DNA from: Eledone cirrhosa
Lineage: Eukaryota
Length of the DNA: 64,000 bases
Direction: 5' to 3'
NCBI GenBank assembly: GCA_964016885.1
Contig: OZ024741.1
Span: 280,364,001 to 280,428,000, forward strand
The position numbers and the translations under genes were made by a program. This document shows positions 1 through 13,469 of the stretch, in pieces (position 1 is the stretch's first letter; the number at the start of each line of letters is the position of its first letter). Under the pieces are notes generated by a model, which saw only the letters and a program-made list of their open reading frames with translations, had not been told where the DNA came from and made no database searches.

Positions 1-477
1 GCAAAAATGTTGCTGTATTTAGTCAGATCGATATCTCTGATTTGGATTTACTTGGATTATATAAAACATGTTTTGGAGAGATGGGCTCCCTCAGGTTTTA
101 AATGCCCAAGAAATGCTGTACGTCAAGACTCCATCAGGGGTTACGAAACCATGCGTGCATATAAATGTGTAAATATGTCACACAAATATGACCTGTTTAC
201 ATATCTATATACTCAATGGTGTGTATTATACACACACATACATTGTCACTGTTAATTCTGCTTACACAATTGAATTTACTGAAATACTTATGTCATATTA
301 GTAGATAATTCTGTTTATGATATTCTGGTCAAGCATCCTGTGGTTTGTATATAACACGTTGCCTTTTGCAAATACTGTTTGCAACTTTGCATTGCATTGC
401 TAGAGGTTTACTGCTCTAGTAAGCCATTTCTGTTGACTCTTGTACATCTCCTATGTGAAACTTTTGTTTTAATAGCT

Positions 478-1720
478 ATCATCATCATCATTTTTACGTC
501 CACTCGTCACGGTCCTTCGTCATCTCCACCGTGAGCTTCAACGATCTGAGGTCTGTCCTCACCACCTCCGCCCATGTTTTTCGTGGTCTACCTCTACCAC
601 GTCTTCCTTCAACTGGCATTTCCTGGCACTTCTTCACCCATCGGTCATTCTCCATGCGCATCACATGTCCATACCACCTCAGTCTCCTCTCCTGTACACT
701 AAATTCTATCCCTCTCAGACAGTTTCTCTCTCAACACATTCATGCTGGGTCGTTCACGCACATTGACATTGCACATCCAACGGAGCATGCTTGCCTCATT
801 TTTCTCCAGCCGTCGCATATCCTCTGCAGTTGCTGCCCATGTCTCACTACGATGCAGCATCGCGCTCTTCACACAGGCATCATACAACCGGCCTTTCGTA
901 CGCAGGAAGAAACCCTTCTTCGTCAGCAGAGGAAGCGGCTGCCTAAACTTCTTCCAACCCGTCCTTATTCTAGATACTATGGCCTCGGAACACCCTCCTC
1001 CCATGCTAATCTGATCTCCTAGGTACTGGAAGCTATCCACCACTTCTATAGCACCCTCCTGCACCATTTGAAAAATGTGTCTATCAATGCGACTTCTACT
1101 GTCTAATTTCCCTGTACATCTGCATACGTAGTTTTCCCTACCTGTTAGTTTGCCTGCTATCCCGCTACATCTCTTGTGTACCCAGGATCAGCATTGTGTG
1201 CATTTTATAGAATTTATGCCAGTTCCTTTTCTGCATATCGAACATGGCAATTTCCCTAACGGAATCAGTTTTGTCCTCTTTTCTACTCAACACTTTTGTC
1301 TTAGCTAGGTTCACTCTGTCCTCTTGCTTCCAACTGCTGTTTCCATAGCCAGAATTTATTCTCTAGCTCCTCTACTGATTCTGCTATAAGAACCAGATCG
1401 TCAGCATAGAGAAGTTCCCATGGACAGCCAGTCTTAAACTCCTCTGTTATGGCTTGGAGGACTATAATGAACAAGAGCGGGCTGAGGACCGAACGTTGAT
1501 GTACTCCTATTTGTATCTGGAATTCCTCACTAAACACCATTCCTACCCTGACTTTACTGAGAGTACCTCTGTACAAAGATTCCACTGTCCTCACAAGCCA
1601 TTTCTCAACACCTAGTTTCCTTAGGGACCACCAGATGACAGATCGGGGTACCCTATCAAAGGCTAAGTATAGTGGCTTATTTTTCTCTAAGAACCTCTCT
1701 TGCAATTGTCTCATCAAGAA
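478..1720 (-). mobile_element. 5'-truncated, decayed RTE-clade LINE (RT, PHD insert, C-terminus, (ATG)n tail), probably intronic to KDM3
   Basis: Broken ORFs carry RT motifs (LAFDRVPR, SVLSPLLF, LLYADDL, FQYLG). The (ATC)n tail starts at 478. It closely resembles the copy at 27217-28231. Confidence 0.9.
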
Positions 1721-2087
1721 GGTTATAGAGAGACTTATGTTTTATTTGGTGGCACTCATTTTTCAATCTACAAAACTCTCAGCATTACAGTTGCCATGCT
1801 GACCAGTACATTTAACAGACAACTTATAGCCAGCCTTATAACTTTTCTTTTGGTGCTCATTTAGTCTGCTTAGTTACATGGTCAATTATTGGTGTGTGTA
1901 TTAGAATATACCAAGTAGTGTAAGATAAATTGCAGCTAGTGTTTTGGGCCCTTTAAGTAAAAATCTACAGCTTATCTACAAGTATGCATGTTACTATAGA
2001 TGAATAAACATGGTATACTATAAATATTGACATTTGTACTAGGTGTTAACATTAAATTCTGTGTAATCTTTTTTTCTTTCTTTCTAG

Positions 2088-2183
2088 AATCACATCCTGA
2101 GCACGAGTGGCTGACATGTAGTGCTAACAGACAACATCATGAACCAGAGAAATTAATGCTGACTCAGATTATACCTTCCAGTG
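2088..2183 (+). CDS. KDM3: KDM3/JMJD1 JmjC lysine demethylase, internal exon (first one visible in this window)
   Basis: Acceptor tttctag, donor gttagt. Encodes SHPEHEWLTCSANRQHHEPEKLMLTQIIPSS, a KDM3-type motif. Phase matches the next exon. Confidence 0.85.
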
Positions 2184-2292
2184 GTTAGTATTATTCTTTT
2201 GCATTCTTAACTATATCACTTTTTGTAAACATAAATGCTTAACATTCTGAGTATATTTCATTTTTAAATAACAATTGTAACCTTTTTCATAG

Positions 2293-2396
2293 CACTTTGG
2301 GACCTTGGAAAACGTGCTCATGAGATAAGAAAGAAATGGAACATAAAAACTGAATGTAGCTGTGAAAGAAACTTATCCAAAAATGGTGTGAATCAG
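2293..2396 (+). CDS. KDM3: KDM3 exon
   Basis: Acceptor catag, donor gtaagt. Encodes ALWDLGKRAHEIRKKWNIKTECSCERNLSKNGVNQ. Confidence 0.85.
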
Positions 2397-2493
2397 GTAA
2401 GTTTTTTTTTTTTTTTGTTGTCTTTATATCTAGAATTCAGAAATTGCTTTTCTTAATGCCAATCTAATGTTTTTTTCAAATTTTATCATTTAG

Positions 2494-3171
2494 GAAGCTA
2501 ATCAAGAAACTGAGAATCATGTTTCCTCTGAGAATACCAAGATACCAAATGGTACAGAAGATAACTGCAATAGTGGTAAGAACAAGAAGATGCGGACGTC
2601 CCAACCAGAAAAACACTCCAATTACAACCCTGATGCCAATTCTCCACTATGTCTTCTAGCAGATGTTGCTATGAATTCTGAAAACAGTCGAGATCGCACT
2701 GATCCACTGCTGAATAAGAAAGAATCTGAAGAGAAAAAATCCAATACTGAAGAGCCCCTCTCCCCAAATGCTGGAGGTGCTGACAAAAAGACCCCTGGTT
2801 GCTCCACCTTGAGAGAACTCTTGACAAAAACAGCTGGTAAAGTAAAACCAGGAGCTGATAGTAAGAAATCTTCTAAACCAAAAACTGTGAGGGACACTCT
2901 TGAAGATATTATTCAATCTGTAGTTGGAAAGGCCTTTCCTAAAGAGAATGAAACTGTTCCAATGATGAAGTTAATGCATTATATACCTCGCATGGGCCCA
3001 CGAATAATAGCTCGTGAGATTCCAATATTAAAACACACTTTGACTGAAACCAGTGTCCTCTATCCAGACGTTCCTCATTCTTGGCTTTGTGATGGTCGCT
3101 TACTTCGCTTACATGAACCAAAACATAAGAATAACCTCCCTATTTTTCAAGAGCAGTGGAAACTGGGCTGT
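2494..3171 (+). CDS. KDM3: KDM3 large exon (226 codons)
   Basis: Acceptor tttag, donor gtaagt. Contains PLCLLADVA, an LxxLL box (STLRELL) and PHSWLCDGRLLRL...FQEQWKLG. Confidence 0.92.
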
Positions 3172-3275
3172 GTAAGTTATTTTTTATTAGCCTTAGATAT
3201 GTATCAATTTTTTGCTTTTTAAACCCATGCATTTTGAAGTTCAAATTTATTTTATTTTTTCCTTTCACTTTCTAG

Positions 3276-3447
3276 CCTGTGCTTGTCTCTGGTGTACAAA
3301 GGTATTTGAAATCTAAAATTTGGAAACCTGAAAGCTTCTGTGAACAATTTGGTCATATAGACAATGACTTGGTAAACTGTCGTACAGGAGATGTTTGGAT
3401 TGGACATTCAATGAAAGTTTTCTGGGATGGTTTTGAATATATAAGAA
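3276..3447 (+). CDS. KDM3: KDM3 exon
   Basis: Acceptor tctag, donor gtaagt. Encodes PVLVSGV...WKPESF...DLVNCRTG...FWDGFE. Confidence 0.92.
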
Positions 3448-3719
3448 GTAAGTACTTTGAAGACATTTTGTTAGTTTAGTAGATGTGTTGAACAGATGGT
3501 GGATCAAACTCTGTAGCAGTAGCTCGAGTGAGATGTACATGGAATAATTTCTGAGAACTAAGTGGTGGGCTAATGAAACTAAATGGAAAGTTAAATGTTG
3601 CTTGTATGAGAAGCTATGGCAAAATGAAGTGTCATGTGGCCTACAAAGCTAACCTCTAACTGGGAAAATGGCTTTAAAACACTTTTTTAAAGAGTTTTGG
3701 ACCTCAGTTCCAATGGTGA

Positions 3720-3950
3720 GTGTTTAAGTTCAAATAACAATGAAATCGGTGTGCAAGTGGTTGAGCATCACACACACGTGCACCGTTAATGTAGTTTTCA
3801 GTGAGGTTCAGCATGTCACAGTGACAAGCTGAATCATAGGGCCAACTCATTTTCCCAGCTGAGTGAAATAGTGCCTTGCTCAAGAACAAAAGGTGTCACT
3901 GGGAAGTGAAATTATGATCATGAGCTGAACACTCTAACCACTAAGCCAGG
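3720..3950 (-). mobile_element. Old tRNA-derived (CORE-like) SINE in a KDM3 intron; relatives at about 11065-11175 (+) and 48220-48400 (+)
   Basis: A-box-like ttagtggttag head followed by a shared ttgagcaagrcactttatttcac...actcagctgg segment. Confidence 0.55.
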
Positions 3951-4061
3951 TATTTTCACTTAAATGCAATGTTCCTTTATAAATTAGTTACTAATTTTTT
4001 TTTTTAAACAATTTATTAATCTTCAATGTTTATTTATATTTTATTTTTTGGTATATTTCAG

Positions 4062-4283
4062 AACGTCTTAGGGATAAAAATAATGATCCAATGCTTTTAA
4101 AACTAAAAGATTGGCCTCCAAGTGATGATTTCAGTGATATTCTTCCTCAGAGATTTTTAGATTTGATGCAGGCACTTCCTCTTCCAGATTATACAAATCG
4201 TTTAGGAATATTGAATTTATCTTCCCGCCTTCCAGATTTTCTGGTGAAACCAGATCTGGGACCAAAAATGTACAATGCTTACG
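4062..4283 (+). CDS. KDM3: KDM3 exon (start of JmjC region)
   Basis: Acceptor ttcag, donor gtaaat. Encodes LKLKDWPP...[24 protein letters not shown]. Confidence 0.95.
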
Positions 4284-4465
4284 GTAAATATATTTTATAT
4301 TATTAGTGAGATACTAGAGCGATTATGGAAAAGTCATTTTTACATCAACTTTTCCATATTGGCATTGGTTGAACGGGATGTTTTGAGGCAGTGTTTTACA
4401 TCCGGATTTCCTTCCTAGCACCAACCCTTTTAGTTACGTCTCATCATATGTGGGAATACATTTGA

Positions 4466-4627
<162 letters not shown>

Positions 4628-4993
4628 TAACCAACTGAAACTCTGCCATATATATATTTAAAACTGAAAAATATATTTTTGTCTCCGTCTAATGCAAAAG
4701 AAAAAAAAAGAGCTATGGGATGAGTGCACACATTATGTATTCTGGGAACCCAAACAGTAAATGTTAACGATTGGCAACTGGAATGTTACAACCATTACAA
4801 ATAAGGAGTAAGAATTAGTGGAAGAGGCCGGAAGTTAACGGCTAGATTTACTGAAGGGTTCCTCAACAAAGTTCTGTCTCTGTATACCTTAGATTTGAAA
4901 CCATGCCAAATGCATATATTTTTATATGTATATTTCTTTTTATTTATAAATATATATTTTTAGCTGAGAATATTCTTTTGCTTTTCTTTTCAG

Positions 4994-5133
4994 CTGCCCT
5001 TAAAGCTATTGATGAGGCAGACTGTGATATTATTACGAAGCAACGGGTAAGAGAAGTCAATGAAATCCCAGGTGCACTCTGGCATATTTATTGTGCTGAG
5101 GAAGCTGATAAAATTAGAGATTTGCTAAATAAA
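4994..5133 (+). CDS. KDM3: KDM3 exon
   Basis: Acceptor ttcag, donor gtaagc. Encodes PGALWHIY...DKIRDLLNK. Confidence 0.93.
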
Positions 5134-5235
5134 GTAAGCTATTTTCTATTTTTAACCCAGTGTCCAGTTAAATTAAATAGTATATTTGTTAATATATGAT
5201 CTGATTCTATATTTATAATTTCTTTTTCTCCCAAG

Positions 5236-5412
5236 GTTGGGAAAGAAAATGGTCAGCAGGTCGAACCTGATCATGATCCTATTCATGATCAGAGCTGGTA
5301 TCTGGATTCTGAACTGCGGGACCGTCTTAACAAAGAATATGGCGTCCACGGTTACACCATTGTGCAATGTCTGGGTGATGCTGTGTTCATTCCAGCTGGA
5401 GCGCCTCATCAG
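5236..5412 (+). CDS. KDM3: KDM3 exon with distal catalytic His
   Basis: Acceptor ccaag, donor gtgagt. Encodes [12 protein letters not shown]...[16 protein letters not shown]. Confidence 0.95.
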
Positions 5413-5515
5413 GTGAGTGTTGTAAACAATAGAGCACAGAGGAGAAAAAAATACACAAACAAGTTGCTTTAGTTTCCTATATATTTGCTTACACAATTTC
5501 CTTGTGGTATTCTAG

Positions 5516-5650
5516 GTACGAAATTTGCACAGTTGTATCAAAGTGGCAGAAGACTTTGTCTCACCAGAACATTTGAATCACTGTTTCCGCATGACTCAGG
5601 AATTCCGTCATTTATCAGATTCTCACAGTAATCATGAAGATAAACTACAG
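5516..5650 (+). CDS. KDM3: KDM3 exon
   Basis: Acceptor tctag, donor gtaatt. Encodes [19 protein letters not shown]...HEDKLQ. Confidence 0.95.
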
Positions 5651-6343
5651 GTAATTTTTCTTTCTCAACTTTGAAATTTAGCTAGATAATTTCCTAAAAT
5701 ATGATTGTAAAGTAATCAGTTAACATTAAAGAACTATTATTAACTAGTTATTAACAGTAAAAATTCACTTCACATGTGCTTATTAAAACACCAAAAGATA
5801 ATAAATTTTTGTATTCTTTAGAAAAGTGGTTTATAAAAGATGGTAGTTTTTGTATGGACCCATAACACTTAATGGAGTCCTAGGGGCACCATAGTGACAT
5901 ACAGCATGTCTTGAGCATTTCAAACCTGGTGGAGCTCATCCCCTCTCTTGCCAATATCTTAGTGGAGAGAAAGAGTGCTACTTTTTTCTTAACTTCAACA
6001 GGATGAAAAGCAAAATTAACCATGGCAGGATTTGAATGCAGAACACAAGGGGCTGGAATGAATACTGCAAAGCATTCTATACAACCTTCTAAGGGTTCTG
6101 TCAGTTTGCTGTTGATATCCTATAATTCCAGAAAAGTTCACTTTTAATTTAAGTATACATTCAGAGTATACATTCAGCTAAAAGCCAACTGTTAACAATG
6201 TTCACACAGTTTTATCAATTTAAAAGTTAACTAAAAATCTATAATTAAAACTCTTATAAAGGCATGCTGCCTTTATAAAAGATTATAGATACTTATATAA
6301 TGAGATTGTTGTCTACCATTGAAATTGTATTGTTTTTCTTCAG

Positions 6344-6412
6344 GTAAAAAATATCATTTATCATGCTGTGAAAGATGCTATTGCTGTCCTTGATCAGAAA
6401 CCCGTGGAATGA
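6344..6412 (+). CDS. KDM3: KDM3 terminal coding exon
   Basis: Acceptor ttcag. Encodes VKNIIYHAVKDAIAVLDQKPVE followed by TGA. Confidence 0.93.
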   Translation, partial: VKNIIYHAVKDAIAVLDQKPVE

Positions 6413-9100
6413 AATCCTGTTAACCAGTGCTGTGCACATCTTGCTATTTGTTTCTGGCTGGTTTTGTAAACAATGACCAAGACTGGCTGGACAGAGAAAT
6501 TCTGAGAAACCTGCCAGCCATCCATACCAAGTGACATCCCACCTACACTGCCAAAGTCACTCCTGGCACTTTTTTTTTTTTTTTATCTGTTATTGCATTG
6601 TTATTAAAAACCGTCTTTGTCCTTGTCAAATCCTGCTAACTCTACTACATCCTACTTTATGTTGTCAACTTAAATGGTTGCAAGAAGTCTTTCAATTTTG
6701 AATTTGGATTCCTGGACAAAACAAGTTGCATGCTTTGCATAAATTGTGATACCTCTACATTCATGCAACTACAGATATTCCACAAATATTTGATTCCTGA
6801 CAGCAAAACTAGAAATTAATCAAGGATGAGGCCAGATGGTGTGCAAGATAATAGAGCAAAAATTGGAGTTTATCATTTTTTTTTATTCATTTCCTGGCTG
6901 TGGAAACAAGTTAAAACATCATTGAGTATATAGAATTATTTTTGCCAATGTCAGGACTGTAGAGGACCTTGGAGCAGTTATCTATTTGTCAGCTATGTTT
7001 CATGCACCTGGCACTGAGTAACAGCAGTGCTTGTGCTGGCCACACTTTCTGCGATCTCATCTCATGGCATTGAACTACCACTACCACCCTCTTGATTATT
7101 TACCAAAGATAACCTCTATTTCTTTCAAAGTCATATGATCTCTAGTAACATAATTCACTGAGGGTTTATTTACTATTTTAGTCTAACAAATAAATGAATT
7201 CTCTACATTCGGTGATATTGGCTGGCTGTCCTAAAAGTCCATCACAGCCTTGTGTGAGCAGTCAGTTGACAGTTGTAAATTAATTAAAAATGCACTCTTA
7301 TCAGACTTTTCAGCAGAAAATATCTGTTAACTGTCTCCATCATTTCTACAACCTATGCCACCATCATTAAAAAAAAAAATACATAATTAAAAAAATAAAA
7401 ACTTTGTAAGAGTTGTTTAGAGCATGATGTGGCCATTCATTGATCACCCGCCCCCCTAGCTTTCTGTCATTTATTTCATTTGTCATTAATAAAACTGGTT
7501 GTTACTATTGGTTCCAGTTCCTTTTTGTGTTGCCTTCATTGTGATGAGGGCAGCATTTCACATAATGAAGCAGGGAAAAATTTGGGGCAGGGAAAGTAAA
7601 CTGCTTATCTTTGTTTTGTTTTTTCCCTTGAGACTCTCATTGGTTGTACTTTAACAGTTCCTCTTTGAGGGCAACACTTCGAACTTGGACTGCTTTCATG
7701 GTTGGTCTGTGCAGGTCAGTATTGCATTAGACCTATTAAGTAACGTCCTTTCTTGTTACACCCAGACCCCTCCAGACACATACTGCCACATGAACTCGGC
7801 ACAATTTCACCTAACAACATTGAACTTTTCCTCTTTTTGATTCATTGTTTTGAGAGCAACCAGAAGGATGGCCGGTATTCTAGCCTTTTGTAAAACTATA
7901 GAAATATTTTTATATCAAATGTCGCAGATGTCACAATGTTCAAGTGACTGAAATGTTATCACATATGGCTAGAATCCTAGAAAGAACTTGTTCAACCATT
8001 CTTAAAAATAAATTCACTGATATAAAAGTTTGTGTTAAATTTTATTTTACTTTCTTTGTACACTTCCCTAGTTAGAAGAACCAATTTCTTGTTTCTACAA
8101 ATCACCTGTGTTAACATCAGTTTACTCAAAATTGATACTGCACTACCCACCCATTTTTGTATCTTCAGACGAAATTGAGAACACACACTATATTTTCTCT
8201 AACATCCTTATTCTATAATAGTTTCAGTTATTTAATTTTTTAATGTAGAATTTGTGTGAAATTATGAAATGTCCACCAGTTTAAACAGTGAGGAAAACAA
8301 CTTTTGTTGTTTGTTTTTCTCCTTGTAATTTATAAATTGACTTTAATGGACATTCTAACAGGAAATAGTGATTAGGTTGGACAGTTCACCTAGGCACAAG
8401 TTTATGCTGTCTTGAGAAACAGTTTAGATTTTGTATCATTTCTATTATGTTTTTACCATCCTTTCATGGATGAGGTCTTGGGATACGTTTTACTATTTTG
8501 CAATGTACTTCTGAAGATATTTTTATGCATCAATGGATACTGTCACAAAGGTAGCACCAAAATCGCCATCAGTTAACACTGGTTTAACATGGCCAACTGT
8601 AAAACAGCAAATAACCAATAAACCTACTAGTTCTATTTGTGAGGAAACCTGTTTGTGAGTGGCAGTCTCAGTGCCATTGGTAAGGAACCCTGAACTCATT
8701 TAAGATTGAAATTGCTTCATTTCTCTTTTAGGTTTTTGGGTGCCTTGAGTAGATTCTACTATTGCAACTACACACCCAGTTTCCTTCATGCCCATGTCTT
8801 TTTTTTTTTCTGTAAGTGTTAAAGCCAGGTATCTGCCACATTGATGTCGGAATTCAATTGTGCTAACTTCTTTTGCGTTGATCTACCCAGTACACTCAGT
8901 TGGTGGTAGGAAGAAAACTTGCCAAACAATGTCAGAACTGTTGGCTGTGTCAAAAACATGATAGCCAAAATAAATTCCAATGCAAGGACTTCACCTAGTA
9001 GTTAGGGGTAGGTACAGTATAGGTGACGGGAGAGTTGGGATCGTATGAATAAAAGTGGTATGACCAAGACAGCACATCTCAGTCAGAAGGTGGAATATCG
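6413..9100 (+). other. Putative long KDM3 3'UTR with several candidate poly(A) signals
   Basis: No recognisable SINE or LINE for about 3 kb after the stop. AATAAA occurs near 7394, 7488, 8618 and 9048. The true end is unknown. Confidence 0.45.
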
Positions 9101-11429
9101 CAACACTATCTTGGATATGGAAGTAATATACCATTGTGGCTCTTAGCTTTGGTGTGGGTTTGTAACGGTGATGAACCCTTACTGAATCTGAAGACCAGTC
9201 TTTGTTAAATTTTTTTTTTTTTTTTTTATGTGTTCAAGAGATTTTAAAGGGCAAGGCCTGCTTGTCCCCAGAAGCTACTAAAATGATTGGTCCCGGGAAG
9301 AACATCTGACTATAACATTTTCAAAAATGTCTGTCTATCTCATGCCAGCATGGAAAAACTGCCACGAAAAATGTTGCTGTTCATGTTTAAAGGGTTTGTG
9401 CTTAATTTTTCTCCATATGTTTAGTGGTAGCCTGAGACAAGATTTGGCATGGTTTCTAGGCTGAACTTTGTGGAAGGTTTGATAGACATATGACTTTAAT
9501 TGGACATTGTTGATGGTGGCAAGGTCAGTCATTGATGTATTGCAGGAAGTCTGGTAGAAAAAAAGACTTCAGGGTTACATCAATTGATAGTGTGGTGTAG
9601 TGTTTTCTATTGGCACATGTAGTTGTGCTAGTGACACGAAGAATTACCCAGTTCACCCTCTAAAGTAGTTGGGTTGGTGACAACAACAAAAGGACCTGGT
9701 CCATCTTGTAACGTCCTACTAATGCTACAATAAAAAAAAAAAAGTGCCCAATCCACACACAGCATTGATGTTAGGAAGGGCATCCAGCTAGAAACTTCTG
9801 TATGAGCAAGATATGGGGGTCACATAATCTGATTTATCTCACAAGGACAACTAACTTTTGTCAGTGTGGAAACGACATTGATTTGGCGTTTTTTTGTTTT
9901 GTTTTTGTTTTTTTTTTTTTTTTTTGTTTTTTTTTTTTTTTGTTTTTTTTTCTTCTTCCTGTAAAATCTCATGGGACAAGCTGAACAGTAGATTTATCTT
10001 GACAAAAGCTATTCTGGTAGTCATTAAAATTAGATTCAAGTTATTGGATGGTTTTAATAGTTGTCTCGATCACCTTTTAAGATATTCACATTGAATGTAA
10101 TGTCAGGAGTTAAGGTCAGAAAATGGAACACACTAAAGAGTTTGTGGATATAGGCTATATATTTGGGGTGTGTAGTTTAACACTTGATACTAAACTCCTG
10201 TGATATAAAATTGCTTTCAGGTGTTTTTATTTATCTAAAAGACTTCCATAATTTTATCTAAGTGCTTTTATAAAGTTATGCCCTAAACACCAACTAATCT
10301 AGTCACTAGGCCAGCAATTTGTGGCAAGGTGAAAGTCGATTATATCAACCCCTGTGCTTATTTTACCAATCTGGAAGAATGAAAAGCAAAGTTGACCTTA
10401 GTAGGATTTGAACTTTGAATGTAGAAAGTTGTAACTAAATACCACAAAGCATTTTGTTCTACACTCTACCAATATTGCCATCCTGCCAGCAAGTTATATT
10501 ACTAAATATTTCCAAATTAATGATTTTCAGAATTATTTAAAAATCATAAGCAATGTCGTACATTAGAAATATAGTAATGGAAGGACAAAGCTGGTAGCCT
10601 TGTTAGTTTAACCATTTCACAACTGCATTTCTAAAGATAACTCCATTTTAATTAACGAATTTTGAGGGATTTACTAAAATTATTTCATTACGAAGATAGT
10701 AACTTGATGTAAGTTCTTATATAAAATTGTTGGAAGATTATAATTTAAAGGGGATGATTTTATTTTATAGGAACTGAGCTGTGTTGGTAACTAAAGGGTT
10801 AAGTAGCTAGGGTGTGGTTGCTTTCGCATTAAATATACATGGTGATGAGGGGGTGGAGATTTACCTCGTATGTGGAAGTTGGATGTAAAGGAGGAAGTAT
10901 TGGTCACTAATATCAAGGTTAAGAAAAAGAATGATACATTTAAAAAGATGGGGCAGTCATGGCTGGAATGTCTGATCAAAGACACTGGCTGTGCATCTAC
11001 GATTGCATTATTCAATATATCTTGAAGACAATAGTGTGATTTAGCTACCTGCCAGAGTGAAGGTGTGTAGTTTAGTGGTTAGAGAATCGAATTCGCAATT
11101 GTGAAGTTGCGAGTTCGATTCTCAATCTGGTGATATGTTACGTCATTGAGCAAGACATTTTATTTCACATTTTTCTTTATGCCAGGAGTTGCAACTAGTA
11201 GATAGTATCACCAATGGAAACGTTGACTTTGAAATACGGGTTAGTTTTCCGCCTGTATGGAGAAGAGAGACAGTGCACGAGAATAGAAACTTAATCTCTA
11301 TTAATCAAGGTTGCTGCACATACCTGACCTGGGAGCCGGCCCATGACAAGGCTTGCAAATATGTGGAGTAGAGATCTCTCATTGCTTATGGAGAGCAAAA
11401 GGAACTAAAGAGGAAAAGTATTTATATAT

Positions 11430-11603
11430 GTTAGTCTTGGTTCAATTGTGGGTAACCACAGTAAGTAAGGTACTCAATACGTTAGTAGAGTGTAAACATG
11501 TTTAATATAGAAATGGCTTCTACGGGACTAGAGCTGTTTTATTCAAAAGAAATCATCAGGAAAGCTTTCTAGTCCTGTAGAAGCCTTTTCTATATTAAAC
11601 ATG
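11430..11603 (-). mobile_element. Penelope-like terminal-repeat remnant with inverted repeat and degenerate hammerhead
   Basis: Inverted repeat 11497-11531/11569-11603. The minus strand reads CTGATGA-TTTC-TTTT-GAAT-AAAAC-AGCT-CTA, then the tail GTATTGAGTACCTTACTTAC. Short TA runs lie on both sides. Confidence 0.6.
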
Positions 11604-12371
11604 ATATATATATTTATAACTGCTGAGGGAGTTGTAGGGGCACCATATTGAAATATGGCATTTTAAAAACCTGGCAGACCCCCCTCCCATCTCTCAATGT
11701 CTGAATATAGATTTCTTCCAGAGAAGGATTGAGAAAGAGATATAGCAGAAGAATTGACCCTAGTACAAGACTGGTACTTTTTCATTGACCTCGAATGAGC
11801 AGAGCATTCCATTTGACATTCTAACGATTATGCCTATGTGTATATATATATTTTCACTGAACATTTGAAGACGTGATAAGTCTATTGAATAAAAGGTTTG
11901 TAGCTAATCAACTGGAAGTGAAATTACATCTCCAAACTCGTGCTTCACACACGCCTTTAACAGAGTATGTAATTACCACTTACCCCACTAATTATTTCAT
12001 AAATCGAGCCGACGAGAAAGTCTTTACTTACTCCCGGTTCTCGGATAATCGTCTCCATCTCCTCACTTATTAAATTTTGCTAATCTATCTCCTGCAAAAT
12101 TCTATTTTAATTAGTAGCATTCCTGCGACAATTAATTTTCTTTAGTCATTAAAAAACATTATACATTACAAAAAAGAACATTACAAGAAATCTCATACGT
12201 TATAAAATAAACAGGATGTGTCGGTGGTCTCAATATTTAAACTAAACGACTAATTCTGTTGTTTTTTTCAAAATCAAGGGAGACGACCTAGAAAAAATAC
12301 TGATCCTTCCCCCTCCTATTATTTGGGACGCGAGATTAGTCATTCGACCTTCTGAAATAAATGTGTCTACT

Positions 12372-12860
12372 ATTGGCACAAGGCCAGCAATTGTCCCAGT
12401 GCATTATTGGTGCTTTATTTGATGACTAAGGATGAAAGGCAAAGTTAACCTCGGCGGGATTTGAACTCAGACTGTAAAGGGTTGTAATCTTATGCTGCAA
12501 AGCATGGCGTCCGACCCTACTGCTACTGCCAATCCACCTGAAATAGTGGTCTCTGATTTAGGCACAAGAACAACAATTTTATCGATTTCGTAAGGATGAA
12601 AGGCAAAGGGACGTAACTACATGCCACAAAGCATGTCTGACGCTCTACTAGTAGATAAATTTGCTTCAATTTACTATCCATAACCTGACACATTGAATAT
12701 TGGATTCCCTGCACATAGAAAAATATCGTGGTGGTCATGACTAGAATACTTTTTTTAATTATTAATATTGTTTCTACTTTTAGCACAAGGCTAACAATAC
12801 CCAGTGCATTACTGGTACTTTATTTTATCGACCCCGTAAGGATGAAAGGCAAAGTTCTCG
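12372..12860 (-). mobile_element. Cluster of Meta-domain-like tRNA SINE copies and fragments
   Basis: Reverse complement of the SINE consensus (B-box gagttcaaatc; gcctttcatccttacggggtcgataaaataaagtaccag). Confidence 0.8.
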
Positions 12861-13469
12861 GTAAACGTATAGAATAATGAACCGATGTAAGGGAGGTAAT
12901 TTTTAAAATCGAAACAGTTCAAGTCCTGTAGAAGTCATTTCCATACGAAATAAATATATACCCTCTACGCATGTATTGAGTACCTCCTCATTTCGAAAAA
13001 ACTTTTTTTTTTCAAAATTGCCTCCCTTACGTCGGTTCGTTATTCTATACGTTTACTCAAGTCCAACGTTTTCATTAATGTATTTCGAATGAAAATACCC
13101 AAGTTTCTCAAATAAAATTATGAAGGACAAACATTTTTAAATGTCCAGTTTAGTGTAATAAATCCAAGGCGATTTCTTGCAGTTTGGTATCAAAAGTGTT
13201 AACAAATTTTTAATTGACACTCAACGTCCTGGATGTTTTTTTTTTCTGTAGCGAATTCGATGAGCATGACGAATATGTAATTATCTCCCTTGACCTTAAA
13301 GGTAGTGTCTGCTCCTTTTAAATTGGTATATGTTATATTAAGCCGGAAGTTATCACCATACCATTTCATTCTTTTGAAAAGAGGTCACAACACCCAAATT
13401 TATATATCTTAAGTATGGTCATTTGGTACTCGGTAAAGGTAATTAGACTCATACCAAGGTGTAGATGAT

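Noticed and set aside
531-1022. ORFs antisense to LINE copies (also 21094-21594 and 27722-28356)
   Set aside because: Shadow frames of RTE reverse transcriptase sequence.
11186-11371. Possible terminal exon or endonuclease-like peptide (NRNLISINQGCCTYLTW)
   Set aside because: Similarity is too weak to assign, and the apparent acceptor comes from a truncated SINE.
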